A program made the position numbers and the translations under genes. Positions 9,431-19,421 of a stretch of DNA of 64,000 nt are shown in pieces. Under the pieces are notes generated by a model. That model was given only the letters and a program-made list of their open reading frames with translations. It did no database searches and was not told the origin of the DNA. This DNA is from a virus, in IMG/VR virus record IMGVR_UViG_3300009703_001822; one strand, given 5' to 3'. Position 1 is the stretch's first letter. Every line of letters begins with the position of its first letter.

Positions 9431-10940
9431 AGATGTAGAAAAGTTAGTTAAGTATAGACAGGAAGTACTAGACACAAAGTCTACGAGTTTTTGTGGTGCT
9501 AAGTGGTACAACGCTACAACCTGGTTAGGTAGTGGAACAACTGCATCATGTCATCACCCACCTGCACACAAAATTCCTTTAGTAGAGTTAGAAGGAAATC
9601 CTTCTGCTATACACAATACAAACCACAAAAAAGCAATGCGTAAAATGATGCAACAAGGCGATCGTCCTCGAGAATGTGAATATTGTTGGAAAATAGAAGA
9701 CATACCAGGAGATACAAGGGTTTCAGACAGAGTATTTAAATCTAACATTTACACAAACGAACAATTAGAAGCTGCACACAAGGCAGACTACAACGACAAC
9801 ACAATGTTAAAAACATTTGAAATTGCATTTGATAGAGTATGTAATTTAGCATGTAGTTATTGTAATGCAAGTTTCTCTACAACATGGGCTAAAGACATTA
9901 AAAAAGACGGACCCTATCAAAATCTTATTAGTGATGGTGCAGCTGCTTTTCAACAAGATGGTAGTTGGACAGAACCATTTGGTAGAGATGCTGTAACAGC
10001 AGAAACAAATCCCTACATTAAAGCATTCTGGGAATGGTGGGACGAAGGTTTGGCAGACAATTTAGAAGAACTAAGAGTAACAGGTGGTGAACCTCTTATG
10101 TCAGGAGAGACATGGAAACTGTTTGATAAAATAAAAGCTCGCCCTGAAATGAGACTAGCAATAAACAGTAATCTAATATGTAAAGATAAAATTATGGACA
10201 ACTTAATTAAAAAGAGTCAAGACATTAAGAAGTTCCATGTTTATACAAGCGCCGAGTGTTATGGAGAACATCAAGAGTATATAAGAGATAATTTTATATG
10301 GAAAACCTGGGATAAAAATATGAGACGTCTTATTACAGAAGGCAATTACGAAGGACTTCATATAATGATGACTATTAACAGTCTTTGCTTATTTACAATA
10401 ACAGAATTCTTAGATCATGTTTATACATTCAAAGAAATAAAAGGCATAAAGTCGCCTACAGTTACACTTAATCTATTGCGTTTTCCTAGTTTCCAAAGCC
10501 CACTATCATTACCAGATAATATTAAAATACATGTAAGAAAGAAACTAATGGATTGGTATGCCAAACAAGATGATAGAAAACTTTGGACAGGTATTGAAAG
10601 AGCTAATATAGAAAGACTAATAGATTACTTAGACCATGTTGACGCTCCTCATAGAAGAACAAGTTCTAAACCAGCATTGTGGAGGGACTTCAAATCTTTT
10701 TATGAACAATATGATATAAGACGAGATAAAGACATAAGAATATTTCCTGAGATACTTACAGACTGGTTAGATGGTTTACCACCTACATTACAAGTACATG
10801 CAGGACTAACAGATGGAGACAGTACAAAAAATAATGTTGGAGAAGAGGATCTTATAAAAATTGCTAAAGAAGAAGGTTGGATACTAGAACCTGACAATAG
10901 TAATATAGATAAACCTTTGGGGGATTATGATAAAGACTGA
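9423..10940 (+). CDS. N-terminal twitch/SPASM-domain radical SAM protein (2)
   Basis: CNLACSYC, TGGEP; FCGAKW..SCHH..CEYCW. Confidence 0.92.
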   Translation: MSEDVEKLVKYRQEVLDTKSTSFCGAKWYNATTWLGSGTTASCHHPPAHKIPLVELEGNPSAIHNTNHKKAMRKMMQQGDRPRECEYCWKIEDIPGDTRVSDRVFKSNIYTNEQLEAAHKADYNDNTMLKTFEIAFDRVCNLACSYCNASFSTTWAKDIKKDGPYQNLISDGAAAFQQDGSWTEPFGRDAVTAETNPYIKAFWEWWDEGLADNLEELRVTGGEPLMSGETWKLFDKIKARPEMRLAINSNLICKDKIMDNLIKKSQDIKKFHVYTSAECYGEHQEYIRDNFIWKTWDKNMRRLITEGNYEGLHIMMTINSLCLFTITEFLDHVYTFKEIKGIKSPTVTLNLLRFPSFQSPLSLPDNIKIHVRKKLMDWYAKQDDRKLWTGIERANIERLIDYLDHVDAPHRRTSSKPALWRDFKSFYEQYDIRRDKDIRIFPEILTDWLDGLPPTLQVHAGLTDGDSTKNNVGEEDLIKIAKEEGWILEPDNSNIDKPLGDYDKD

Positions 10941-12105
10941 ACAAGATACAAAAGACTATATCAAACAAAATAATGTGTTTGAATTTAGAAACAATTTTAG
11001 TTGGATGACTTTATTAGATGGTATTACACATGCTTTACCTAATGCACATGCCAGAGTAAAGAAATATAAACTACAAGATGCCATAGAAGAAAGAAATGCT
11101 GTAGACGCTTTGATATATGATGTAATATATGTATTCAATGAAGATGGCATACGACAACCTTTAGACAATCCTAATGCATCTGAGGTGGCAATATTTTTTG
11201 GAGACTCTATTGCTTTTGGAGAAGGAAATTATACAGACGCAACAATACCTACACTATTTCAATTAGAAAACTCTAAGTATCAATGCTTTAACTATGGATT
11301 TATGGCACACGCAGCTAGTCATATGTTAGTAAGAGTTATGTCAGAGTCTTTTACAAAGAAGTTTGAATACACAGGAGGCAGAGTATTTTATTTGTACAGA
11401 GATGATACAATTAAGATTACAACAGGCAATGTTCCTTGGAGAGAGTATTCTCCCATAATAACTTATGATACAGACAATGTAAAACCTGCAGGGTTTTGGA
11501 AAGACGAAGATATAGATGAGCCATTACCTTCTCAATATGAAGAGGAAGATTACAAATTAACAGCAGACACATTTAAAGAAATACAGAAACAACTTTACAA
11601 AATAAATCCTTATTTAGAATTACATATTGTTTTCTTGCCATTAACATTTACAACGGAAAAAATGAAAACAATGATAGGAGACATAAAATATACAGACTTA
11701 TCTTTGTTTGACATGTCCCATAGAACTAATCAATATGATTTGTTTTTAGATGGCAGTTTTACAATGCCTGCTAATAAAATTATAGCAGATAACTTAAAAA
11801 GCGAGAACAAATACAATATAGAACACGAAGATTTTCTTTCAGACTTAGAGTTTATAGGTTATATGTTACCTGCACACAATGAATTTCCTTATGATGATGC
11901 TGGAGTATTATTAGCACAACTTATAAGACGATATGGCACAGAAGGAGATTTCATGGTGGATCTTAAAAGTTTGTGGGAAAAGAAATTATTATTACTAGAA
12001 CATATTACTTCTGATACAACAAAAGAACAACTCAAAGAACTTTGTGAACCTATGAGAAGAAATAAAAATTTGTTAGATATATTCTATCAGGAGTATATAC
12101 AATGA
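10927..12105 (+). CDS. SGNH/GDSL hydrolase-fold protein
   Basis: IFFGDSIAFGEG block I and FNYG block II. Confidence 0.55.
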   Translation: MIKTEQDTKDYIKQNNVFEFRNNFSWMTLLDGITHALPNAHARVKKYKLQDAIEERNAVDALIYDVIYVFNEDGIRQPLDNPNASEVAIFFGDSIAFGEGNYTDATIPTLFQLENSKYQCFNYGFMAHAASHMLVRVMSESFTKKFEYTGGRVFYLYRDDTIKITTGNVPWREYSPIITYDTDNVKPAGFWKDEDIDEPLPSQYEEEDYKLTADTFKEIQKQLYKINPYLELHIVFLPLTFTTEKMKTMIGDIKYTDLSLFDMSHRTNQYDLFLDGSFTMPANKIIADNLKSENKYNIEHEDFLSDLEFIGYMLPAHNEFPYDDAGVLLAQLIRRYGTEGDFMVDLKSLWEKKLLLLEHITSDTTKEQLKELCEPMRRNKNLLDIFYQEYIQ

Positions 12106-13406
12106 CAAAGCATCTTTGTACTGCTCCTTGGACACATACTTATGTTAGCCCACAAGGCGAGCGTAGATTATGTTGTGCAAGCAGAGAAGAGGCAAAGTTT
12201 ACAAAACAATACCTAGACTCTGGTGGGGGCAGTACAGATTTTAATCCTGAATCTTTGGAGGAACATTGGAACAGTGATTATATGAAAGACATACGAAAGC
12301 GTATGTTAGCAGGAGAAGCTATACCTCAATGTGTTGTATGTAATGATAATGTTTTAAACTTACATACCTATAGAGAGTATTTTACTAAAACATTATTCCC
12401 TCATAAAGTATTAGACATAATTAACAATACAAGAGAAGACGGGCATTATGATGAAATGCCAGTTTCATATGATTATCGTTTATCTAACTTATGTAATTTT
12501 AAATGTAGAATGTGTGGCGATCAACTATCCTCGTCTTGGGAGGCAGAAAATAGAATACATGCTGTTGATGTAACAGATGCATGGTTAGAGCCTACTACAA
12601 GAGGACAAATTTTTAATTTCCAAAAAGAAGTATTAGAGGAAGAACTACAAGATGCTGTAGACAAAGGATTAATAGAAGAAATATATTGGGTAGGTGGAGA
12701 GCCTTTAATGTGGGAAAGACATTGGACTATTATGAACCAACTTGTTTCTACAGGACAATCTAAAGATATAATAATACGATACAATACAAATTTAAGCAAA
12801 ACAAGTTACCCTAACAAATTTGGCAAAAGATATCAACTATATGATATGTTGGGAGAGTTTAAAAGAATTAATTTGTGTGCTAGTATAGACGCAACAGGAG
12901 ATGTTGGAGAGTATATAAGAACAGGATTAAAGTGGGACGAATGGTTACAAAATTTTAAAGAAGGTTTATTTTTAAATGAACTTTATGGTGATGATGGTAT
13001 GGTATTAGATGTAACTCTTACAACGCCCGGTTTATTTCATTTAAGAGATATGTTTGATTTAGCAACAGAACTAGATTGTAAAACATATTTTAAATTTACA
13101 TACGCATTTGATCCGTCTAAAATAATGGCACCTACTGCACTACCTAAGAATATTACTATACCTGTTTGTAAAGAACTTATAGCATATATGGAACCTAGAA
13201 AGACATGGAAAACACAAGTTTATATAGACTCATTAAAGAACTTAATGGAAAGATCTAGTTTTGATGAAGAGTGGCCTGAACATTATAAATTTGGTTTGAT
13301 GAAAGGTAAACAACATATAGAAAGATTAGAAAGTATAAGAGAACAAAAAGTTAGATTTAGAGATACACTAAATGCTGATGCGAGGTTGTGGTACGATGAC
13401 ATCTAA
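12102..13406 (+). CDS. N-terminal twitch/SPASM-domain radical SAM protein (3)
   Basis: CNFKCRMC, VGGEP; LCTAPW..LCC..CVVC. Confidence 0.92.
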   Translation: MTKHLCTAPWTHTYVSPQGERRLCCASREEAKFTKQYLDSGGGSTDFNPESLEEHWNSDYMKDIRKRMLAGEAIPQCVVCNDNVLNLHTYREYFTKTLFPHKVLDIINNTREDGHYDEMPVSYDYRLSNLCNFKCRMCGDQLSSSWEAENRIHAVDVTDAWLEPTTRGQIFNFQKEVLEEELQDAVDKGLIEEIYWVGGEPLMWERHWTIMNQLVSTGQSKDIIIRYNTNLSKTSYPNKFGKRYQLYDMLGEFKRINLCASIDATGDVGEYIRTGLKWDEWLQNFKEGLFLNELYGDDGMVLDVTLTTPGLFHLRDMFDLATELDCKTYFKFTYAFDPSKIMAPTALPKNITIPVCKELIAYMEPRKTWKTQVYIDSLKNLMERSSFDEEWPEHYKFGLMKGKQHIERLESIREQKVRFRDTLNADARLWYDDI

Positions 13407-14598
13407 AACATTTTGCCCGTTGCCGTGGAAACATTTAGCAACACACCCTCATGGAAGATTAAGTTTGTGTTGTGAAGCCGATACCACAATGAAAACAGCA
13501 TTTACAACTGATTTTGGTTTCAATAGAACTCTACAAAATACACAATATAATTATGACACTATAATGAATAGTTCGTCTTTTCGTAATGTAAGATTACAGA
13601 TGTTAAATGGAGAGTATCCACAAGAATGTAAAAGATGTTGGAACTCAGAATCGGTAGGAAACAAAAGCAAAAGAATAATAGAATTAGAAAGACATAACTT
13701 TACAGAAGAACAAGCAATACAATGTACAGATATAACAGATGGTAGAATAAAAGATATAAGTTTTGAATTTATAGAATTAAGATTAGGTAACCATTGTAAT
13801 TTAATTTGTAGAACATGTAATCCTATTTCTAGTACTCGTTGGAGAAAAGAGTGGCAAAAATTAGGTTTGGAGGCAGGATACAATGCAATACCACAACAAG
13901 AAATGGATTGGCCTTTAGATCAAGATTTTTGGGATAGTCTACTTTCACATGTAAATGAATTAAGATTTTTATATATTAATGGTGGCGAGCCTTTACTTAT
14001 AGACAAGCATGGTAAGTTTTTAAAAGAACTAATTAATTTAGATATAGCAAAAAATGTTACTATTGTTTATTCTACAAACTCAACGGTATCGGGTGAGGAT
14101 TATGAGGATATCTGGAAAGAATTTTATAAAGTAGAAACAATGTTATCTATAGACGATATAGAAGGTAGAAATGAATATATGAGATACCCTTCGAAGTGGG
14201 ACAATACAATAAAACAATATGAATGGTTTAAAGAGTTAGGTGAAAGACATGATAACATTAATACAACAATATGTCAGACAGTTTCTATATTGAACATATA
14301 TTATCTAAGTGAATTCTACGAATACTTTAATGGTACACAAATATCCTGCAACTTTGTTACTAATCCTATGTATTACGATCCTGCAATATTACCACAGGAC
14401 ATAAAAGATACAATTATTAATAAATACAAAGGGGAAGTATTCTACGATACCATAAAAAATTATTTAGGTATAGAAAACAAAGGTAGAACATTACTTCAAT
14501 TTTTTGATGTTACTAACAGACAAGATGTATTAAGGAAAGAATCTTATAAAGAAACATTTTCTGAATTTTATGATTTGATAAAAGAATATGACAGATAA
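13396..14598 (+). CDS. N-terminal twitch/SPASM-domain radical SAM protein (4)
   Basis: CNLICRTC, NGGEP; FCPLPW..LCC..CKRCW. Start reassigned to ATG 13396 (MTSKTFC), downstream of GAGG. Confidence 0.92.
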   Translation: MTSKTFCPLPWKHLATHPHGRLSLCCEADTTMKTAFTTDFGFNRTLQNTQYNYDTIMNSSSFRNVRLQMLNGEYPQECKRCWNSESVGNKSKRIIELERHNFTEEQAIQCTDITDGRIKDISFEFIELRLGNHCNLICRTCNPISSTRWRKEWQKLGLEAGYNAIPQQEMDWPLDQDFWDSLLSHVNELRFLYINGGEPLLIDKHGKFLKELINLDIAKNVTIVYSTNSTVSGEDYEDIWKEFYKVETMLSIDDIEGRNEYMRYPSKWDNTIKQYEWFKELGERHDNINTTICQTVSILNIYYLSEFYEYFNGTQISCNFVTNPMYYDPAILPQDIKDTIINKYKGEVFYDTIKNYLGIENKGRTLLQFFDVTNRQDVLRKESYKETFSEFYDLIKEYDR

Positions 14599-15961
14599 TT
14601 TAACACAAGACGAAATAGATATTGGCATACGAGCTGAAGATAAAGGTGGCGATGAAAATATACCTTTACTTGATACAACTAAGTGTGCATTACCTTTAAT
14701 ACATTTACATACTTGGCCCAACAAAAATGTTTTTGCTTGTTGTTTGGGTGGTTACGATACTAAAATAGGTTCCTTAGAAGAAGGTACACTACAAGAAATA
14801 TTTAACAACGATATGATGAAAGACATACGAAAGAAAATGTTAAATAACGAAAGACCAAGAGAATGTACTAACTGTTTTAAGGAAGAAGATACCGGAGGAT
14901 TTTCATTTAGAAAAACTGCTAATAGAGATTTCAAACATCATTTAGATAAATGGGACGATGTTAAGGAAGACGGCACACTAGAGAAAATGGACTTAGCATA
15001 TTGGGACTTTCGTTTTTCAAATGTATGTAGTTTTTCTTGTCGTAGCTGTGGTCCTCAGTTAAGTTCGGGTTGGTATAAAGATACTAAAAAGATGTATGGT
15101 AGTTTGAATTTTGAAGACAACTTTAATCTTATAAAAGAAAGAACAATAGAAGTATGGGATCAACTAGAACCTCACTTCGATACAGTAGAAAGAATATACT
15201 TTGCAGGTGGTGAACCTTTAATGATGGAGGAGCATTATAGAATACTAAAAAGATTAATAAAGATGGAAAGAAGCGAGGTTGTGTTAATATATAATACAAA
15301 CTTAAGCACATTAAATCTTAAGAAGGATAGTGTATTAGATTTGTGGCCACAGTTTGACCGTGTTGTTATAGAAGCAAGTTTAGATGGTAGTGGTGAGAGA
15401 GGAGAGTTTGTTCGTAAAGGTTTAGTGTGGGATGAATGGAAGGAAAATAGAAAACAAATTGAAAAGGCATGTCCTAATATAGAGTTTAATATTAACTATA
15501 CAATAAGCATACAAAATGTTTTACATGTAAGAGAATGTATGGAAGAATTAATAGACATAAAAGCAATTAATAGTCCTCACAATTTTAGATTTAATCTAGT
15601 ACACCACCCTGTATGGTTAAATGTTATTATGTTGCCAGATCATATGAAACAAACAATAAAAGATTATATGGAAGAATGGAAATTGGATATAAACAAAGAC
15701 TATCCTAGATTAGCTAGAGGCTCTATAACAGCGGCTATAAATTCTTTCTTAGAGTATATGTTTTCTGAGAAAGGAAATCCTAAAATGATACAACTATTCT
15801 GTAGACAAATGGAGATGATAGATTCTGTAAGAGATGAATGTTGGCAAGAAGCAATACCAGAAATGGCTTGCTTAGATCCTTTATGGAAAGGGGTAAGAAA
15901 AGAATTAAATACATTAGCATTAAGATATGAAACCGGGAGATTATTAGGCTATGAAAAATAA
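14588..15961 (+). CDS. N-terminal twitch/SPASM-domain radical SAM protein (5)
   Basis: CSFSCRSC, AGGEP; KCALP..ACC..CTNCF. Confidence 0.92.
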   Translation: MTDNLTQDEIDIGIRAEDKGGDENIPLLDTTKCALPLIHLHTWPNKNVFACCLGGYDTKIGSLEEGTLQEIFNNDMMKDIRKKMLNNERPRECTNCFKEEDTGGFSFRKTANRDFKHHLDKWDDVKEDGTLEKMDLAYWDFRFSNVCSFSCRSCGPQLSSGWYKDTKKMYGSLNFEDNFNLIKERTIEVWDQLEPHFDTVERIYFAGGEPLMMEEHYRILKRLIKMERSEVVLIYNTNLSTLNLKKDSVLDLWPQFDRVVIEASLDGSGERGEFVRKGLVWDEWKENRKQIEKACPNIEFNINYTISIQNVLHVRECMEELIDIKAINSPHNFRFNLVHHPVWLNVIMLPDHMKQTIKDYMEEWKLDINKDYPRLARGSITAAINSFLEYMFSEKGNPKMIQLFCRQMEMIDSVRDECWQEAIPEMACLDPLWKGVRKELNTLALRYETGRLLGYEK

Positions 15962-16478
15962 AGCATTATTATGTGGTGGACACTCTAAATTTGGAAAAGT
16001 GTTTGCCGAACTATTAGAAGAACATTACGACTTAACTAACTTAAACAGGCAACAAATAAATTCGCCTGATATATTAGATGATTTAGACGACGATTATGAT
16101 TTTATTTTCTTTAATCATAACAGGGGCACAGGAGGATTTGAAGATCTAAATGAAAGTATAAAAATTAATTGTATGTTGCCTTACAGAATTGTTAAGAAAC
16201 AAAAACAATTAAGAAAGGTTGGTTGGATGATTACAGGCGATTGCCATTTAAATATGGGTTATCCTACAAATCACTATTCATTAGATGAGTCCTTTCAATG
16301 TTATGTAGTTATCAAATCTATACACATGGCACAACAAAGATATTTTTCTCAACAATATAATACCTTTGTATGTGATCCTGGTATGTTAAATGATGAAAAC
16401 CATCTTAGTAAAGCAGAAGAGTTATTAGGATTTTCTTTATCAGATGACGAGTCCGATTTGATATACATGAACCGATGA
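15951..16478 (+). CDS. divergent short-chain dehydrogenase/Rossmann-fold protein
   Basis: ALLCGGHSKFGK glycine motif, YxxxK (YVVIK), DPG. Confidence 0.55.
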   Translation: MKNKALLCGGHSKFGKVFAELLEEHYDLTNLNRQQINSPDILDDLDDDYDFIFFNHNRGTGGFEDLNESIKINCMLPYRIVKKQKQLRKVGWMITGDCHLNMGYPTNHYSLDESFQCYVVIKSIHMAQQRYFSQQYNTFVCDPGMLNDENHLSKAEELLGFSLSDDESDLIYMNR

Positions 16479-17050
16479 AACAAATAGATCCAGATCACCC
16501 TATATGGGAAGTTGATTTTTCTTTGCCAGATATAGAATGGCAACAGAAGGATGACTATGTTCAAGAAGGTCTGGAGATGACAAATTTAAGGCATGAACTA
16601 TTTTGTCCTGTACAGGAAGATTATTTGAAATGGTTGGATGCTTGGAAAACACAATTATTTCAAGTTATAAAACCTTTTAGAAAAGAGGAAACTACACCAC
16701 CTGTTGCAGTTAAGATGTGGAAAAGATATTTACAAACAATACACTTTCCAGGTGGTTTTGAAAAATACTTAAATATACTATTAGATAAACCTGGTTTTAT
16801 TATGAATCCACATGAGGATAATAGATATGTTGTAGGTATATTACTTGTTAATTTACAAGACAATCCTACAGGAACATACTTTACAAGCATAGATTACAAG
16901 CTTCCTGGAACTAAAGGAAAGGGTGTATTTTTCTTAAATCATAGTAATACAATGCACGGTATTGAACAAAAAGGACCAGGAGATAGAATAATAGCATACC
17001 AACATATATCAATCGGCCACTTAAAAGATATAAATAAAACTGATGGCTAA
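16475..17050 (+). CDS. 2OG-Fe(II) oxygenase-like protein
   Basis: DKPGFIMNPHED...GTYF...HGI...R (HxD...H..R). Confidence 0.65.
   Translation: MKQIDPDHPIWEVDFSLPDIEWQQKDDYVQEGLEMTNLRHELFCPVQEDYLKWLDAWKTQLFQVIKPFRKEETTPPVAVKMWKRYLQTIHFPGGFEKYLNILLDKPGFIMNPHEDNRYVVGILLVNLQDNPTGTYFTSIDYKLPGTKGKGVFFLNHSNTMHGIEQKGPGDRIIAYQHISIGHLKDINKTDG
17029..17036 (+). promoter_or_regulatory. T4-type late promoter, 6 nt before ATG 17043
   Basis: TATAAATA consensus. Confidence 0.6.
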
Positions 17051-17333
17051 GGTAATACAATTTCCTAAGAAGGAACCAAAGCCCAAACTTATAAAGGGCT
17101 ATAGGATGTCCTTCTATACAGAGGACGAAATAGATCTAGCGCTTTTATGTATCAATACATATGGCTGGAATCGTATCGGCTATACTAGAAACAATCTTAG
17201 CAAAGTAGATCCTTTGTACATAAAAGATTGTTTAATACGAGGCTATAATTCAGATTTGTTTTCTTATCCAGCAAGGAAGCTTATAAATAAAATTATAGAC
17301 GGAATGGAAACTATTGAGGTTAAGGCTAACTAA
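17043..17333 (+). CDS. hypothetical protein
   Basis: 96-aa ORF with the MAKVIQFP N-terminus typical of small phage proteins. Confidence 0.65.
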   Translation: MAKVIQFPKKEPKPKLIKGYRMSFYTEDEIDLALLCINTYGWNRIGYTRNNLSKVDPLYIKDCLIRGYNSDLFSYPARKLINKIIDGMETIEVKAN

Positions 17334-17334
17334 T

Positions 17335-17670
17335 ATGCCAATATACACATTTGAAAATACAGAAACTGAAGAACAGTTTGATATGATGATGGCCATAGCA
17401 GATAAAGAAAAGTGGCTGGAAAAGAATCCCCACATGAAACAAATTATTACTGCACCAAACTTAAATTTTGGTGGTGTGGGAGATCGTACGAAACCAGATA
17501 AAGGTTTCCAAGATGTTTTATCAAGAGTAGCAGACGCTAATCCTTATTCACCAATGGCAGATGACTTTGGTAGAAAGGATGCAAAGTCTGTTAAAATTAG
17601 AGACACAGTTAAAAAAGTTAAAAAACGAGTCGGTAATTTGATGAGTGAATCAAAACCGGACAATGTATAA
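17335..17670 (+). CDS. FmdB-like regulatory protein
   Basis: MPIYTFENTETEEQF...LEKNPH...KPDKGFQDVL; lies directly before phoH as in T4-like marine phages. Start reassigned to 17335. Confidence 0.7.
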   Translation: MPIYTFENTETEEQFDMMMAIADKEKWLEKNPHMKQIITAPNLNFGGVGDRTKPDKGFQDVLSRVADANPYSPMADDFGRKDAKSVKIRDTVKKVKKRVGNLMSESKPDNV

Positions 17671-17729
17671 AGGAGGCAATAAGAAAATTATATCATGTTA
17701 GATAAAATCAACTAACAGGAGAACAATTA

Positions 17730-18470
17730 ATGGCTAGAAGAAATCTTCAACTAGTTCAAGACAACAAACAAAAAGGCAGGCGCTCGACGCCACTAAAAAT
17801 ACAACCAAACGATCTATTCAGATTTGATCCAATTACAGACACTCAATCCTTATTTTGGCAAAAGTACAAAAAGAAAGATGCATTACTCTTACACGGCTCT
17901 GCTGGTACAGGTAAAACATTTATTGCTTTATATAAGGCTATGGAAGATGTAATTAACAAAGGAGGCCCATACAATAAATTAATTATTATACGAAGTGCAG
18001 TACCCTCCCGAGAAATAGGACACTTGCCTGGTGACTATGGAGAAAAGATAGATGTTTATTCCATACCATATCAAAATATGATGGACGAACTCTTTCCTCA
18101 AAAAGAGAAACCATATGACAGACTGATGGAGCAAAAGAAATTATACTTTATGTGCACCTCGTTTGTTAGAGGTATTACATTAGATAATGCAATCATACTT
18201 GTTGATGAATGTCAGAATATGAACGACATGGAAATTAACAGTATTATGACAAGAGTAGGACATCAATCTAAAATTATATTTTCTGGAGACTTTAGACAAA
18301 CAGACTTATATAAGAACAATGATAAATCAGGGCTTAAGAAGTTTATACAAATAGCGGAGAATATGCCGTCATTTGATACAATAGAGTTTGGTCCTGAGGA
18401 TATTGTTCGTTCAGAATTAGTCAAAGAGTACATATTAGCAAGGGTAAATTACGAAGAAAAATACGAATAA
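17730..18470 (+). CDS. phoH: PhoH-like ATPase
   Basis: GSAGTGKT Walker A, IGHLPG, RGITLDN, VDECQN, TRVG, GDFRQTD. Confidence 0.95.
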   Translation: MARRNLQLVQDNKQKGRRSTPLKIQPNDLFRFDPITDTQSLFWQKYKKKDALLLHGSAGTGKTFIALYKAMEDVINKGGPYNKLIIIRSAVPSREIGHLPGDYGEKIDVYSIPYQNMMDELFPQKEKPYDRLMEQKKLYFMCTSFVRGITLDNAIILVDECQNMNDMEINSIMTRVGHQSKIIFSGDFRQTDLYKNNDKSGLKKFIQIAENMPSFDTIEFGPEDIVRSELVKEYILARVNYEEKYE

Positions 18471-18474
18471 GTGC

Positions 18475-18503
18475 TTGACTTTTGGTCCTAAAGAGTGCAT
18501 AAT
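18475..18503 (+). promoter_or_regulatory. sigma70-like early promoter copy 1 (TTGACT-17-CATAAT)
   Basis: Bases 18473-18511 are 36/39 identical to 56410-56448. Confidence 0.8.
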
Positions 18504-18509
18504 GTACGC

Positions 18510-19013
18510 ATGAAACTAAAGAAAGCCATCGAATTTGCTACTAAAGCACATGAAGGACAGACTAGAAAATACACTGGTGAGCCCTACATTGTACACCCTT
18601 TAGAAGTAGCTGATATTGTAAAGACTGTAGAGCATACAGAAGAAATGCTTATGGCAGCAGTTCTACACGACACCGTAGAAGATACTGATACTACAATACA
18701 AGACATAGACAGAGAGTTTGGACCTGTTGTGGCTCAATTAGTAGAAGAATTAACTGATGTTTCTAAGCCAGAAGATGGTAACAGAGCCTTCAGAAAAGGG
18801 TTAGATAGGGAACATTCAGCACAGGCATCTGCCCAAGGACAAACAATTAAGATAGCAGATCTTATAAGTAACACTAAGTCTATAACAGAACATGACCCTC
18901 ATTTTGCGAAGGTTTACATGAAAGAAAAGGCTTTATTGTTACAAATCCTTGATAAGGCTGATAAAATTCTTTTGAAAAAAGCACAGAAAAAGGTTGACAT
19001 TTGGTTCAATTGA
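18510..19013 (+). CDS. HD-domain (p)ppGpp hydrolase-like protein (small alarmone hydrolase/Mesh1-like)
   Basis: AHEGQTRKYTGEPYIVHPLEVA, AAVLHDTVEDT, IKIADLISN. Start reassigned to ATG 18510. Confidence 0.85.
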   Translation: MKLKKAIEFATKAHEGQTRKYTGEPYIVHPLEVADIVKTVEHTEEMLMAAVLHDTVEDTDTTIQDIDREFGPVVAQLVEELTDVSKPEDGNRAFRKGLDREHSAQASAQGQTIKIADLISNTKSITEHDPHFAKVYMKEKALLLQILDKADKILLKKAQKKVDIWFN

Positions 19014-19022
19014 GTGCATAAT
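18994..19022 (+). promoter_or_regulatory. sigma70-like early promoter copy 2 (TTGACA-17-CATAAT)
   Basis: Same gagtgcataatgta core; followed by the aaaaagtgaggact leader shared with copy 3. Confidence 0.8.
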
Positions 19023-19058
19023 GTATGTATATTAAATAAAAAGTGAGGACTAAATAAT

Positions 19059-19421
19059 ATGAAACAAGAACTAATAACTAAAATCGAAGGACTTTGTAAA
19101 GCAATCGAAGGACAACACTTCAAAGCTTTCCCAAGCCTTAAAGACTACGGTGTTACTTACAAAGCAGGCCGTAAATTCTGTAAAATTATTATTACTGACG
19201 GCAACGGCGGTGATAGATCTGTATGGGGTTTCGTTAACCTAACACATGAAAAGTTCAACGAAGGCGATGTACTTAAAGCAGCCGGTTGGGCAGCTCCAGC
19301 TCTTAACAAAGCTAGAGGAAATGTTTTAAACGGTTACAGAGTAGGAGCTAGAGAACAATATGGTCCTGGTTACTTGTCTGGTTACTCAGCAGGTGGAACT
19401 AGAGACGGAGGTCTAGTTTAA
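19059..19421 (+). CDS. conserved phage early hypothetical protein
   Basis: GRKFCKI..SVWGFV..GDVLKAAGWAAPA..ARGN pattern; strong SD GAGGA. Confidence 0.75.
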   Translation: MKQELITKIEGLCKAIEGQHFKAFPSLKDYGVTYKAGRKFCKIIITDGNGGDRSVWGFVNLTHEKFNEGDVLKAAGWAAPALNKARGNVLNGYRVGAREQYGPGYLSGYSAGGTRDGGLV

